Shown here piece by piece: positions 51,111 to 63,385 of a stretch of 64,000 nucleotides of DNA. The first letter of the stretch is position 1, and each line of letters begins with the position of its first letter. The position numbers were made by a program, and so were the translations under genes. The notes beneath the pieces are model-generated. The model saw only the letters and a list, made by a program, of their open reading frames with translations, made no database searches and was not told the DNA's origin. Location: NCBI GenBank assembly GCA_004431415.1, contig QPMI01000099.1, positions 227,591-291,590 of the forward strand, written 5' to 3'. Source of the DNA: Cyanophora paradoxa CCMP329 (Eukaryota; Plantae; Glaucophyta).

Positions 51111-51419
51111 GAGGCGTGTGTTGATTGGAAACCGAGACCGCGCGCCCGGCGGAGGGCCGACTGCACGAGTGGGGGTGAGCGCGGGTCCCGGGTGGCGTCG
51201 TGCGGGGGCACGCACCGCCCGAACCGGGTTTCTATGGCGCCGCCGCGCGCGCGAAAGTCCCCCGCGCCCGCCGTTGCACTCGAAGCGAGTGTACCCCCGC
51301 TTCCGCTGCATGTAAAGCGAGTGTAAGTGACCGAAAGGTGGCCGCGAAGGCGCGCTTACAATGTGCGGGCAGGTCTCATCGAAGCAGGTGAGGAAGACGC
51401 GCGCCGCGAGAGGCGTACC

Positions 51420-51843
51420 CCTGCCGCCCCGCCCTAGACGGAATCGCCGCCGCTCCGTGACGGCCGAGGGGGGTACAGGCGGCGCCGCGTCCGCCCCGCC
51501 CTAGACGAACGCGCCGCGGCTCCGTGACGGCCGAGGGGGGTACGGGCAGCGCCGCGGCCGCCCCGCCCTAGACGAACACGCCGCGGCTCCGTGACGGCCG
51601 AGGGGGGTACGGGCGGCGCCGCAGCCGCCCCGCCCTAGACGAACACGCCGCGGCTCCGTGACGGCCGAGGGGGGTACGGGCGGCGCCGCGGCCGCCCCGC
51701 CCTAGACGAACGCGCCGCGGCTCCGTGACGGCCGAGGGGGGTACGGGTGGCGGAGGGCGGCGGAGGGCTCTGTCCTCTTTCCTTCGTACCCCTCGAGCTC
51801 GGTGGGCTCCTCCATCTGCGCGGGCGGGGATGAGAGTTGTACT
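51420..51843. repeat. 67-bp tandem repeat x5 plus unique arm; left arm of an inverted repeat
   Basis: CTAGACG at 51434, 51501, 51568, 51635 and 51702; reverse complement of 54110-54645. Confidence 0.95.
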
Positions 51844-52409
51844 TGTTATCTAATTGGCTTTTTATATATATCTTAGTGACAACTTCAGGGGATTTGGGCA
51901 GCACGAGGGGCTTACCGCGCCGCCGGGGTACGAAGGAAAGAGACACGGGCCTACCCCCGCCGCCCGTCACGGAGCCGAGTCAGTTCCCTCTAGGGCGGCG
52001 CCGGCGGCGGGCGAGGGGCGTACCGCGTTGCCGGGGGTACGAAGGAAAGAGACGCGAGCCTACCCCCGCCGCCCGTCACGGAGCCGAGTCAGTTCCCTCT
52101 AGGGCGGCGCCGGCGTCGGGCGAGGGCTTACCTTGGGGCGATGCGGCCCGCATCCCTCTATCCCATAAGAGAAGCCGCGACTCGTCCCCGCGGGGTGTGG
52201 ATGGACGAAGACCGGCGCCCCCCCACGCCGGCGCCGCTTTCATCGTACCCGCCGCCGCCGCCCGCCGGGGCGCTCAGACCCGTGCCCCTCGGGCTGCCGC
52301 CCGCCGCGAGCTTCTCGAAGCGGGCGAGGCGCGCGCTACCTCCGGCCGAGCCGCCTGCGGAACGGGGATCAGACGTGTAAAGAGGACCGGGGCGCGGGAC
52401 TCGGTAGCA

Positions 52410-52508
52410 ATGGATTCCGAGGCACCTACCAAGGCCAAAGAGGACGCACACATCGCGGCGGGCGCGGCCGCAAACTCGGACCCCGAAGACGAGGCGACCA
52501 AGGGACCT

Positions 52509-52539
<31 letters not shown>

Positions 52540-52925
52540 GTAAGGCGCGGCCGTTCCACGCGAGCTTCGAGGGACAGCACGTGGCGTACCTCCTGCACAA
52601 CGGCCGCACGTGGTACACCGGCGAGACGGCGAACCTGACGCGGCGGTACAAGGAGCACACGCGCGGCACGATCCGCGGATCGTACACCAAAGGCAAAGGG
52701 CCCTGGCGCCTCGTGGCAGTTGCGGCGCCCTTTTCCAACCGCAGCGTCGCGCAAGGCTTCGAGACGACGCTCAAGGGCAAGTCGGGCGGCCAGGCGAAGC
52801 GCCTCGAGGCGATGCGCAAGCTGGCGACCGAGTACTCGGCGCCGGGCGCGCCGATCGCGGTGCACGTCAACCCGGATCTCTCGGATAGCGAAAGCGAGGG
52901 CTCTCCTGCGAGGGGCAGACCGTAG
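52410..52925 (+). CDS. GIY-YIG endonuclease (SLX1/UPF0213-like), intronless, 171 aa
   Basis: VAYLLHNGRTWYTGETANLTRRYKEH...YTKGKGPWRLV...F..RSVAQGFE..LK has the Y..Y.G, Arg, His and Glu motifs of GIY-YIG. Confidence 0.9.
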
Positions 52926-53589
52926 GGGCGTCAGCTAGGCCGGGGATCGAGCTCGGCCCGTCCACGGGCTCGCACGCATGGTAGAGCGATCTGATGCTGC
53001 ACGTACCTCGCGATCAACTCGAGCACCTGATCCGCGTTTGCTCGCCTCGCGGGAGGGACCGTGGGCTCCTCGGTGTGCAAGCACGGCGCGCTAAAGTAGG
53101 ACGCGTACCGGGGTACCCCCGAACGCGCTTCGTGCGGCGATCCGAGGCGCTCTGTGCCTCGAAATCAACCAAAGCGCATTCCCTTAGGGCGTCAAAGGCT
53201 GTCCTTTCCGCTCAATCGCCTCGGCGCCCAAGTACGAGGGCTCGAAGCGGCGGAACGTGCACCCTCGAGTGCGCGGGTGTTCCTCGTGCGCCATGTTCGA
53301 GCTGTTTCGCGCATTCATGGCCCCGAGGCGAGACGCCGGCCGCGCCCGCGGCGATGCCGAAAGGGATGTCGGCCCCGCGGCGACCGCGGCGGCGGCGACG
53401 ACGGCGGGGCTCCTTCCCGAGCTCTCGTGCCTCTCCTGAGCCCGCCGCCCTCCGCCTTTGGCACCCGCCCGCTCTCTGATCGACTCAACATAGTCCGCCG
53501 GCCGCGGTACGTGAGCACCGCCCGTCCGCGCTGGATCGCCCGCACAAACCTCACGAGCTTGCCGCGTCGCCCTCGCAGGTCGTGATGCC

Positions 53590-53892
53590 AGCCTACCGCG
53601 GGCACCCAAGGGCGACGTACGCGTCGACGGCGACCGCGCGCGGCCATCTCGCACGAGCGCCCGCTCCAGAGCTTGCGGTCGGCCAGCAGGCGGCGCACAT
53701 CGTCCAGCGCGTTCTCGGAGAGCGCCGTCGCGTCGGCCGCGGTGCGCAGAACATCTTTAAGCCGCGCTGAGGTTCGTCCCGTTGCCCGCGCTTCGATGGC
53801 GATCCGGCGTCGATCGCCGCTTCACCGCGCGCCCCGCAGGCATCGCAGACGGCGCCCTCGCACGACCAAAGGATCATCCCTCCGGGGCACAT
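53590..53892 (-). pseudogene. possible TFIIB-like remnant (Zn ribbon + first cyclin fold), frameshifted
   Basis: CPGG...EGAVCDACGARGEAAIDAG, then in shifted frames LKDVLRTAADATALSENALDDVRRLLADRKLWSGRSCEMAA / AVAVDAYVALGCPR. Confidence 0.4.
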
Positions 53893-54109
53893 CGGCGGCG
53901 GCTGCGATTCGTACCCCCGTGCGTACCGTACCCCGCGCAGGAGGTGAGCTCCTCGCCCAACGCATGCGCCGCCCTAGAGAAAACTGACGCGGGTCCGTGA
54001 CAGTGCGCGGCGGGGGTAGGCCCGTGTCTCGTTCCTTTGTACCCCCGAGGAACGGTAAGCTTCTTCATGTCGCCTCAATACCTTGTGGTTGTCACGATCG
54101 CGAGATGAC

Positions 54110-54645
54110 GAGTACAACTCCCATCCCCGCCCGCGCAGATGGAGGAGCCCACCGAGCTCGAGGGGTACGAAGGAAAGAGGACGGAGCCCACCGCCGCCCT
54201 CCGCCACCCGTACCCCCCTCGGCCGTCACGGAGCGGCGGCGCCTCCGTCTAGGGCGGGCGGCCGCGGCGCCGCGCGTACCCCCTCGGCCGTCACGGAGCG
54301 GCGGCGCGTTCGTCTAGGGCGGGGCGGCCGCGGCGCCGCCCGTACCCCCTCGGCCGTCACGGAGCCGCGGCGTGTTCGTCTAGGGCGGGCGGCTGCGGCG
54401 CCGCCCGTACCCCCTCGGCCGTCATGGAGCCGCGGCGTGTTCGTCTAGGGCGGGGCGGCCGCGGCGCCGCGCGTACCCCTCTCGGCCGTCACGGAGCGGC
54501 GTCGATTCCGTCTAGGGCGGGGCGGCCGCGGCGCCGCGCGTACCCCCCTCGGCCGTCACGGAGCGGCGGCGCCTCCGTCTAGGGCGGGGCGGCCGCGGCG
54601 CCGCCCGTACCCCCCTCGGCCGTCACGGAGCGGCGGCGCTTCCGT
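54110..54645. repeat. right arm: ~66-bp tandem repeat x6-7, inverted relative to 51420-51843
   Basis: TCTAGGGCGG about every 66 bp from 54248 to 54578. Confidence 0.95.
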
Positions 54646-54849
54646 CTTTATGTTATTTTAATCCTTCTATTTCTAGACGAGTACTCCGTGTATAACTACG
54701 TGTGCCGTAGTACCGTAGGGCTTCCCGTGATCACAGTGCACACGCGCGCGCGGCCGCGATGCGGCCCGTGGAGGCTTCGAATTCGCATGCGGCGGTAGCT
54801 GAGGCAAACCACGAGCCCTCCGTGACAAGTCTCCTTTCGCGCGTGCACT

Positions 54850-56280
54850 TCAAAATTCGGTAAAACCATCGATATCAAATAATGAACTATCTATAACTAG
54901 ATCTGCATCGCGTCGGCTTCGGTTCCGGGGCGGAATGCAATCCGGAGCGGGGGCGCGGTGACCGCTTCGAATTCGGGGATGGGAGCCGGCGCCGGTGCCG
55001 GCGCGGGCGGCGGGCGGGGCCATCGAGGCCCCGCCCAACCAGTCGATCTCCAGGTAAATACTCGGGAAAAAGTGCCGTGAAGGCGCTTCTCCTTTCCGTC
55101 GATTTTTACGCGCTGCTGGATCCTTGTACGTGTTGGAGCGGAGGACGCGAGGGCCCGCGGCCCGAGTCCTCCTCGAGCGCGTCCAAGAGTTCCGTCGCCA
55201 GCGGGCTGTGGTCCTTGCCGAGGGCGCGCCGTCGGCGAGGACGATGTGCTTGTTCGCGTCGGCCATCGCGGAAAAGCTCACCCACGCGCCGCCGACCCGC
55301 ACGTGCTCGACTTGCATGCCTCGGCGTGCTCTCCGCGCGCGCAGCCCGTCTCGGGCCCGCAGAGGGGCCGGATTTCGACTTCTTGCTCCATCATCTCCCA
55401 GAAACCGCCATTCTTGCGATCGGGCCGGCGATGCACGCCTCGACCGCGCGCATCATTGAAACGACGCAGGCGATGCGGTGCTCCTCGCGCGGTCGATGCC
55501 CGTCGGCGTGTAGCGCGGATCTCCCTGCAAACCGCGGCCCGCGATCTCGGCGATCGACGGCGTGTCCAACGGCGCACCGATTCGACGGAGAAAGTCCTCC
55601 GGAATGGTGAGAGCGGCCGCCAGTTTGGACTTGGACACGCACTCCAGGAACCGACGGGCGCCTCGGCCGTCGAGTAGTCGAGGGCGGCGTACTGGGGCAC
55701 GTATTCGCTGCCCTCGCCGGGCCGGAATGGCCGTCCAGTAGAGGAGATCTTTGATTTCGTCTTCCGTATCGGGTGCCCAGAGAGGGTGCGCGATCTGGCG
55801 CAGCTGCTGTGGGACGAGGGCGGAAGGATGAAGGTCGGGGACTTTTCCGCCGCCCTCATGCATCGCAAGGCCGCCGCAACGGCCGAATTGCCGAGAGGTA
55901 CGCGCGCACGTCGGACTCGTACTGCTCGCTCGTGTCGGGGCTGCCGTTGCGAGTCTGGGCTTCAGGGCGACGGCGAGGCGGGCGGCGTCGGCCACGTTTC
56001 CGGGCGGGTTGATGCGAAACTCGACAGGGAGCCGTCGGGGGCCTTGCCCCGCGCGATACACGGGCTCGCCACCTTTACGAGTTTTCCGCCGAGTGATTCG
56101 ATCGCGTAGGCGACGGCGCTCCGGTACACACGGTACAGGCAGGAATCCAGGCGCCGAGAGAGAGTGGCGCGGTCCTCTGCGGTCCGAGCCTTTTTCGACG
56201 GCCTCTCTTCGCCTTCGGACCCTTTCCACCGTCTTCGTCGGTGTCGGAAGCCGCCATCTTGATCGCTTCAGATTCGGCAT
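54850..56280 (-). pseudogene. intronless hypothetical gene, frameshifted
   Basis: Protein-like blocks alternate among ORFs 55453..56280, 55278..55868 and 54850..55317. Confidence 0.4.
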
Positions 56281-56322
56281 CTTCGAGGGCCTCCTCCTCG
56301 GGCGGCGCTCGGAGGGAGCCTT

Positions 56323-59300
56323 TTAGAACGCTGGCGAGAGAGGCCTCGAACTCCTCGACAACGCTTTGATCGCGCCGTCCGAGGCTCCCGTGTCGCCGCG
56401 AAGGGCGAGCGCCCTCGCCAGAAGAGGGCCTTCGACGATCTTTAGGTCGACGAGGGCGGGGCTCGCGGCGAGGCGGGCGAGTCCCGCCGCCTTGACATCG
56501 TCGATCGAACCGAAGGCGATGGTCGCAGGTGAAAATTGAAGGGGTGGAGCGGATGGAGCGGGTGCAACTCGGGGACGCCGAGCGTTGCCAAGATCATCTC
56601 CGTGCTCTTCTTCACCTCGTGAAGGGATTGCAGGCGGACCCGGACGAGTTCGAAGCGACGTTATCGATGTCGCACTTGGCCTCGCGCGCCGCGTACGTGG
56701 GCTCGTCGACCTGGGTGAGGTAGATGCCGAGGCGCGCGCGCCTACGCATCGACTCGATTGTCTTGCTGGCCATAAAGTCCTCCGGAGTTGTCGCGTAGAG
56801 CGGCTGCCCAAGCGTCATCGAGACCTGAGCCTTGTTTAAAACCGCCTGGATGGCCGACTCGTACTCCTCGGTCGCATCATCCTGCGATATGCCGAACTCT
56901 TCGCCGAGAGAATTACCGCTCCCATTTCGATCGTCGCCGGACTTGGAGACGAAACGCACAAAATCCCCGTGGAAGCGGCAGTCGAAGGAGATGCCGGGGG
57001 TGGTAGCCAACAAATTCGGGGCGTACTCTTGAGATTTGTAGACGGCGTCCCCGGTCCGTCCACCTCGGCCACCAAGGATTTGAATTCTTTCGCATCCAAC
57101 GACACCCGTTCGAGGAGGTCCCGTGGTTCGCGATGTAGACGCGCTGCGCGCCGAGATGGCACATCAACTTCTCCACGAGCATCCGATCGGGCCAGGTGTG
57201 ATGCGCATTCCGCTCGGCGGTCACGTTTGCGTACACCATGGCGAGCAGGCGCTCCTCCTCAACATATTCGCGCCATCGCCGTTCGAAAGACTCGTCGTCC
57301 TCGTTGCGCTCGCGCTGAAAAAGGTCGGAGCGACCCTTTTCCAACTCGGCCAGGCGTCCGCCCAGGCGACGAAAAGATGGCGTTCGGGTCCACGGGAAGG
57401 GTGGCCTCCTTGTCCGCGTCCGAGAAACGCTGGCAGTACATGTTGAGACGTACGTGGTTCGCCGAAGGAAGCTCTTCCAGATGCCGCACGCGGTTGTTCG
57501 CCTGGACCTCGCGATCCGTCCTCCAGTCCGCCCAGCGTCCGTCATGAGCCTGAACTTGGGCCGGAACACGTGCCCGTCGAAGCCGACTTGAACGACGTAG
57601 TTGGCCATGATCACATCCTTCGTATTCCATTTCTCGGCGTCGTTCAGGTCGCGTCGCCGCTCGGCGGGGCAGTCGGCGAAGCCAAAAGGACCCGCTTTTC
57701 GGTAAATTGCGGGTTCAACGCGGCCATAACGGCGAAGTTCCGGAACATGTGCTGCTTGTCGGCGTGCAGGTTTGACGTTCGTATCACCGGTCGTCCCTTT
57801 GCGCTCTTTGTAGCCGGTTTCGGAAGGCATGCCGCGGAGAAGAAGGGGCTCCAGGCGATGGGCACGACAACGTGGACCTCTTCGCGTAGCGAGCGAGGGA
57901 CTCGGGGCTCGAGAGTTGGAAGACGACCATCGTCTCGCCGGCGGTACCTGGGACGCGAGAACTTCGAGGTGCCAAGGCTGCAAATCCTGGCACATCGCGA
58001 TGACCGACTTGCTCCGTCGCATCGCACGGAGGAGTCTCTTCACGATTTCTTCCGGATGCCGTTGAACGTCTCGGAGCTCGAAAAGCGACCGAGCAAGCAG
58101 TTAAGCTCGTCCGCAATGAGAATCCGCGCCGCGAGTCGATGTTCTTGACGTTTCAGCCTTGTGAAAGCTCTCCGCGCACACGACGATGCGATCGTGCATC
58201 AATCGCTTTTCTTGTCCCGTCTGCTCTTCTCCTTGGCATTTCCGGCACCGTCCGGTACCTCGGAAGCGCTGCGCGTGAAGGGGGCTGTTCTCGTCAACCT
58301 CGCCTTGCGCGCGTCCGTTTGCGATGTACGTAGCGTAGCGAGCCGTGGCTCGGAGGCCGTGGCCGTCGATAAGAGTTGCGATTCGAGATAGTTGAGAGTC
58401 CGTTCGGGTTGTCGGCGAGCACGGCGCGCGTCTTCTGCGCGCCGCATCCGGCTGCAATCGCGATGGTGTGGGGAAGGGCCACCTTGGGGTCCGTTGAGGA
58501 GCGCAGCGGGTCACCATCACGCCGTCGCCGAGTGGGGAAGATCGTCGATCATGATGACCTTGTAATTGCACGACGGGTGTAGATGCCGCGGTCTTGTCGC
58601 CTCCGGGATGAGGGGCTGGTCGATCGGTGGCGAAAGATCCTGGGCGAGGCGGGCGCCACTGCGGGCGACGCGAAGGAGAGGTCGGGACGCGCGTCGGCCG
58701 AGTGACTGAGCATTGGCTCCAGAACGTTGGTTCGAATGGCATCCGAGACGGCCATCAGCTGTCTTTGACCGGGTTTTGAAAGAAAATGCTCCGCTTGAGC
58801 TCCATGCCACACGCTCCGGCCATGAAGCGGCCGGACCTGACCCGACTTGCGACGGAGATAAAGTGCGTCGTCGAACTTTGTAAACGCGGCCCGCAACGCG
58901 CGCGTCCACGCGAGAGAGGGACGCGTTGCACGTCTCCGTCTGATCTTGACCGTTCAAGCTCTTGTAGCGGCACTTTACCAGACTTTTCCGTCGAGAAGGC
59001 TGACGCAGGCCATGTGGTTCGTCTCGTCCTTCGAGCCGTAGTAGACGGCAATGACGAGGCGGTTTACCTTGGCCTCGAGCACTCCCAGTACGGATGGATG
59101 ACGTCGCGTTCCTCGGCGGGCGTTGCGCCGACGGCGTCGAGGCTCCGAGCGAGCTTGGGAAGCGGCGGAAGTCGGACTCGTACACGCACGAGTGGAGCAT
59201 GGCGTTGAGGGTTTCGAAGAAATTCTTCTCGAGCTCCACAATCTTTTCGCCCGGACCCCCGTATGCCGTCGTGGTGAAGTGGATCGCGTGGTTCAGCTCG

Positions 59301-60774
59301 CACTGAGAGCTCATACAACGGACGCTCGCCCGAAACACGCCAGGCATGCCGTTTCCGCAAACGGTGACGAGGGCCGGTTGGTCTTATGTGGAGACGTACG
59401 GACACTCGCCCTGCAACGCGTTGAGGGATTCGGAACGGTCACAAAGTTGAAGTAATTGATGGTTCGGCCGCTGTTGCACGTCTTGGCGTTGCGGCTCGTA
59501 AACGTAAGCGCCCGATGGCCGTCCGGGAAGAGCTTTTCGCACACGCGAAACGCGACATCGAATGCCTCTTTGCACTCCGACGAGCCGCCGCCGACGTCGC
59601 TCCCAGCAATTGTAATCGACGGCACGGTAGCGCGCTCGGTGGCTGGCCGTGGGAAGACTCGCCGACGCTCGGGATGGGATGGATCGCTCGTAGTTCGCTG
59701 CGATATAGTCGTGAAGCGACGGAGGTGCCCGAGACGCCTCGATCGCCCGTGGGTCGGGCGCCTCGCGAGGGATGGGAACATCGAGGAAATCTTTGTTGGG
59801 TCGAGCGGTGGGTAGATCATCGCACAGTACGAGTTGCTCTTCGGGTTTCGCGCGTCCGGAAGGCGTAGACCTTGGCCGCGGCTCCAACTCCTCGTCGACA
59901 TGACGCGAGATGCAGGCGATCTTCTCCTCGGAGAGCACTTGAAAACCGCGAGAACCGCGCCGAGATCTCGTTGCGAAGGCTAGACGCGCCTCCGGATTGT
60001 CCAGACGAAGGCAAAATGCTCAAAGTCGTCGTGAAAGACATGGGCCCCGCGGAAGCCCAGGACGACGAAGGCTTACGGTCGGGACCGAAAGTCTTTGCGA
60101 TCTCGACGCGCACTCGACCACACGCTCCAGCGCGCGCTACGCGATGTACTCGGCGTACGTGCGGCATTTGTCAAAGTGCTCCTTAAGGACTTGAGCGCCG
60201 CGCCGTCGCCATCCGGTGCGCGCTGCTCGACGATTTGAGAGCTTCTCGCGTCCAGCGCACGCCTCGCTCAGGTCGGCGTCCACATCCACATAGGCGCGGC
60301 TGTACACGACGGTTTCGCGACCGCCCGACGCCGCGATCACCTTGTAGTCGAAGTGGACTTGAGGAACTTGCCGCGAAAATCATCTGCCTCCAGACGACGA
60401 GCGAATGGAGGCGAATTTTGGGCCAATGTACGGATTGTGGGATTGTTTCCGACGGGCTTGACGAAGCCTCGATTGTCGGCGGGGGAGAGGGCCAGGGCGG
60501 CTCGGCGCGCTCGGAGCCGGCGCCTCTGGTGCGGCGAGCTCGAGCATGCGCGTGCCGCGACGCACGCGTCCGCCATCTCGACATCGACGTCGCGATCGGC
60601 CGTCGAGATCGCTTGGCCCCCGCCGCGCCTCGCGATCGTGGTTCGCCGGCACACCTCCATGCTCTTCGTTTGCGATATCGATATCGATTGTGCGCCGATT
60701 TCAGCGCCCGTTCGCCTTTTCCAGCAGCAGGCGAGGGCGGAAGATCGCACGAATTCGTGCGTCCGTCTCGACAC
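56323..60774 (-). pseudogene. AEP primase-polymerase + Zn finger + UL9/origin-binding-protein-like SF2 helicase fusion, intronless, multiply frameshifted
   Basis: AEP-like RAYVDVD (~60290) and FRGAHV (~60045). UL52/PrimPol-type C..HKTN...C....C (59420-59300). Helicase motifs: IAAGCGAQKT (Walker A, ~58450), DRIVVCAESFHK, ILIADE, SVIAMCQD, EKWNTKDVIMANYVVQVGFD and QANNRVRHL, in the same order as UL9 motifs RLIVQVESLHR, LDE, IIAMDA, W....V.IY...V.VG.SF and QSLGRVR. Confidence 0.8.
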
Positions 60775-61329
60775 TCATGTCCGAGGGCGGTACCGTCGAC
60801 GTCCGGGGCCCGGACCTTCACGGCACGCCCGGGCCCGTCTCCTTATATATGTGCCGGCCCTCCCGGCACGTGCACGGCCCCACGGCCATGACCATGGCCA
60901 TGGCCCCTCCTCGAGCTCCCGAGCCCGCGTCGGGATCGCGTCCCCGGCCCCTCCCGCCCCGCCCGGACTGCCGGGCCTGCGGCGGAGCCGCTCCTCTCGT
61001 CGCCGCAGTGCACTCTGCTGCGCTGCCGAGCGCGGTACGAGCGCGAGCGCAGGAGGCCGTGCGCGTGACCGGGGGGCCCTGCCCCGCGGCCAGCGACGTC
61101 GACCCCGCGTCGGACGCGTGCGCCGCATCTGCAAGCGATCCGACGGGCTCGTCGTCGCCTACTGCGGCCGCTGCCGAATCGTCTTACCCCTCCAGTCCTT
61201 CCAGATGGCGACTGAGGGCAGGTTTTACAGCGGTGCCCAACGTGTCGGCGCGAGGACGATCGAGCTAGAGCGGCGAGGCTGAGGGGCGCGCCGTCTTGGA
61301 GAAAATTGCATAAAATCGAAACGCGGAGC

Positions 61330-61860
61330 ATTCGAGGTACCCACTGGGCCATGACGCTCGAGCTCGTCCCGTACGACCCAAGTGGGCGCTGCCCGCTGCT
61401 GGCTCGCCGTCGAGCCGAGAGATTCGAGCGTGCGGTACGAGCGGTTGAGCAGCCGCTCGATGGGGACCCGGCGAGGGATTTTCGCGCACGTCGTCAGCAC
61501 GAACAGTTTGCGACGCTTTGCTTTGTGGCGTGGCGGTGCTTTCGCAATCGTTTCCGCGAGCCTCCTCGGGAATCTGCGTTCCGGACGGTGTCCCGTCTGT
61601 CTGGACCGCCTCTTGCGGCCCGTCGCCCTCTCCTGCGGACACGTAATGGATTTCCACTGCCTCGTACGCGTGCATCACGCCACGTGCCCCTCTGCCGCGC
61701 CGCGGTCGAGCCAGACGGGATCTACGCGCTGACCGACGAGCACCGTCGCCGGGCGGCCTCGGAGGAGGGTTACGTCCAGCGGCTTCGCGAGGCCGCCTCG
61801 CCGACGGCGATCTCGGCTGGATGGCCGATCGGATCCGGCGAAGGCTCGCGGACCCGTCTT
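61330..61860 (+). CDS. C3HC4-type RING-finger protein (one apparent 1-bp frameshift)
   Basis: CPVCLDRLLRPVALSCGHVMDFHCLVRVHHAT, then CPLCRAAVE if one C is added to the run at ~61687-61690. Confidence 0.75.
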
Positions 61861-63248
61861 GGATGGCGTGGGACTCGCCGAAGAGCGCGAGAGAGGCGCG
61901 CCTGCATTGTACAGAACTGCGCGCGTCGAGGGCTGCGGCCGTATCGATGCTCATTTCGCAGAGAGCCTCGGCCGTGGCGGTCGGCGGCGCATGCGCAGGC
62001 TGAACGTCGGACGCGTATACGTGCATGTACGCGTACGTATAGCGCGTATACGGCCGCAACCATAGCCAGTCGAGCTAACGTACGCGAAGTACTCAGCCGA
62101 GTCCCAGTACGAGTAAACTTGTAAATGAAATGAATCAAAATCGTCCTCGTCGAGCTCGAGCTCGAGAGAGTGTGTCGCGGTCGCGGCCGATAGCGATAGC
62201 ACAACGCGAGCACGTCGCGCGCGCGTGGGCGTCGGCCTCGGCAGCCGGCGCCCCGCACAGGCCTAAGGTCGGCGCGCGCGCGACCATGGGCGGCGCGCCT
62301 CGAGCTCGAGCTCGAACGCGAGCTGCGGCGCCTGGCGCTCGCGCGGGCGCGGCGAGCGCGGACGCGCGCGCAATTCGTGTCTCAGCGCGGACAGCGCCGG
62401 CGGATGGCTTAGGCTATAGCTAGCGCTGGCGCGCCGGCGGCCGCGTCGCGCGGGGCCGGGGCTCGAGCTCGGCGCTCGCCCCGGACTTCGAGCGCCCGCG
62501 GCCGGCGCAGCACTAGTACGTATACTGGATCCGACCGCCGGCGCCGGACCGGCTGCAGGGCCGGGCCGCGGCCGCGGGCTCGGCGTCGCGCGCGGCGACA
62601 TCGATCTCAGGAGTCCGCGCCCGTTGCGGGCCATCCGAGCCCCTAGGCAAAGCGGCCTCGCCTCCGTGACAGATCTAGCCATAGACGGCCGCGGCCCGCG
62701 CCGCGGCCGCGCGCGGGCCGGCGGGCGGCGGCGGAGCGATTGCGACCCTAGATGGTTCGCCTCGGCTCCGTGACAGTGACTCAGTGACTCTACCGGTACG
62801 GCGGTACGTCTCTACGCGGAGTCTACGCCGACTCGACGTGCGACGTCGACGTGACTCTCTCGCCGAGTCCCGGCCCCGGGTCGGTCCGACGTCGACGCCG
62901 CTCGACGTCGACGGTCGCCGAGTAACATCACTGTACAGTGTACATATATACTATGATACTCAGGCTATGATATATATGTACACCATAGTCGAGCTCGAGC
63001 GGCCGTCGACCGCGTACTACGGTACGAGTTCCGAAGTTCGAATTCGAAGAACTGATCATGATGCGCATGCGCATTCAATATTCAATGATATCGATCATGA
63101 TCATGATCATGATTGCGCATGCGCCGTGCACATGTACAGGTACGTCATCATCGGCGTCATGATGATATGGATGCCATGATGCGCATCACGCGCGCGACGG
63201 GTACCGGGCGTACTACCGGCCGGCGGTGGTCCAGCTAGTGCAGTCGAC

Positions 63249-63385
63249 GTCGCGTTGAAGTTCACGCGACGGGTGGTCCGGTGCAGTCGCGTTGAAGTTC
63301 ACGCGACGGGTGGTGCTGTGCAGTCGCGTTGAAGTTCACGCGACGGGTGGTCCGGTGCAGTCGCGTTGAAGTTCACGCGACGGTC
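63249..63385. repeat. 37-bp tandem repeat x4 with palindromic core
   Basis: GTCGCGTTGAAGTTCACGCGAC at 63249, 63286, 63323 and 63360. Confidence 0.9.

Noticed and set aside
51837-52409. N-terminal extension of the GIY-YIG ORF
   Set aside because: It runs through the repeat array from a non-ATG start; the ATG at 52410 is more plausible.
54300-54450. GTTCG in the 67-bp repeats as a herpes UL9 binding box
   Set aside because: Only 5-6 bp match, and it is variable among units; expected by chance.
49896-54645. CRISPR-like array beside a nuclease
   Set aside because: The units are full tandem repeats without unique spacers; no cas genes; eukaryotic context.
63249-63385. CRISPR-like palindromic repeats
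   Set aside because: The intervening 15 bp are near-identical and too short to be spacers.
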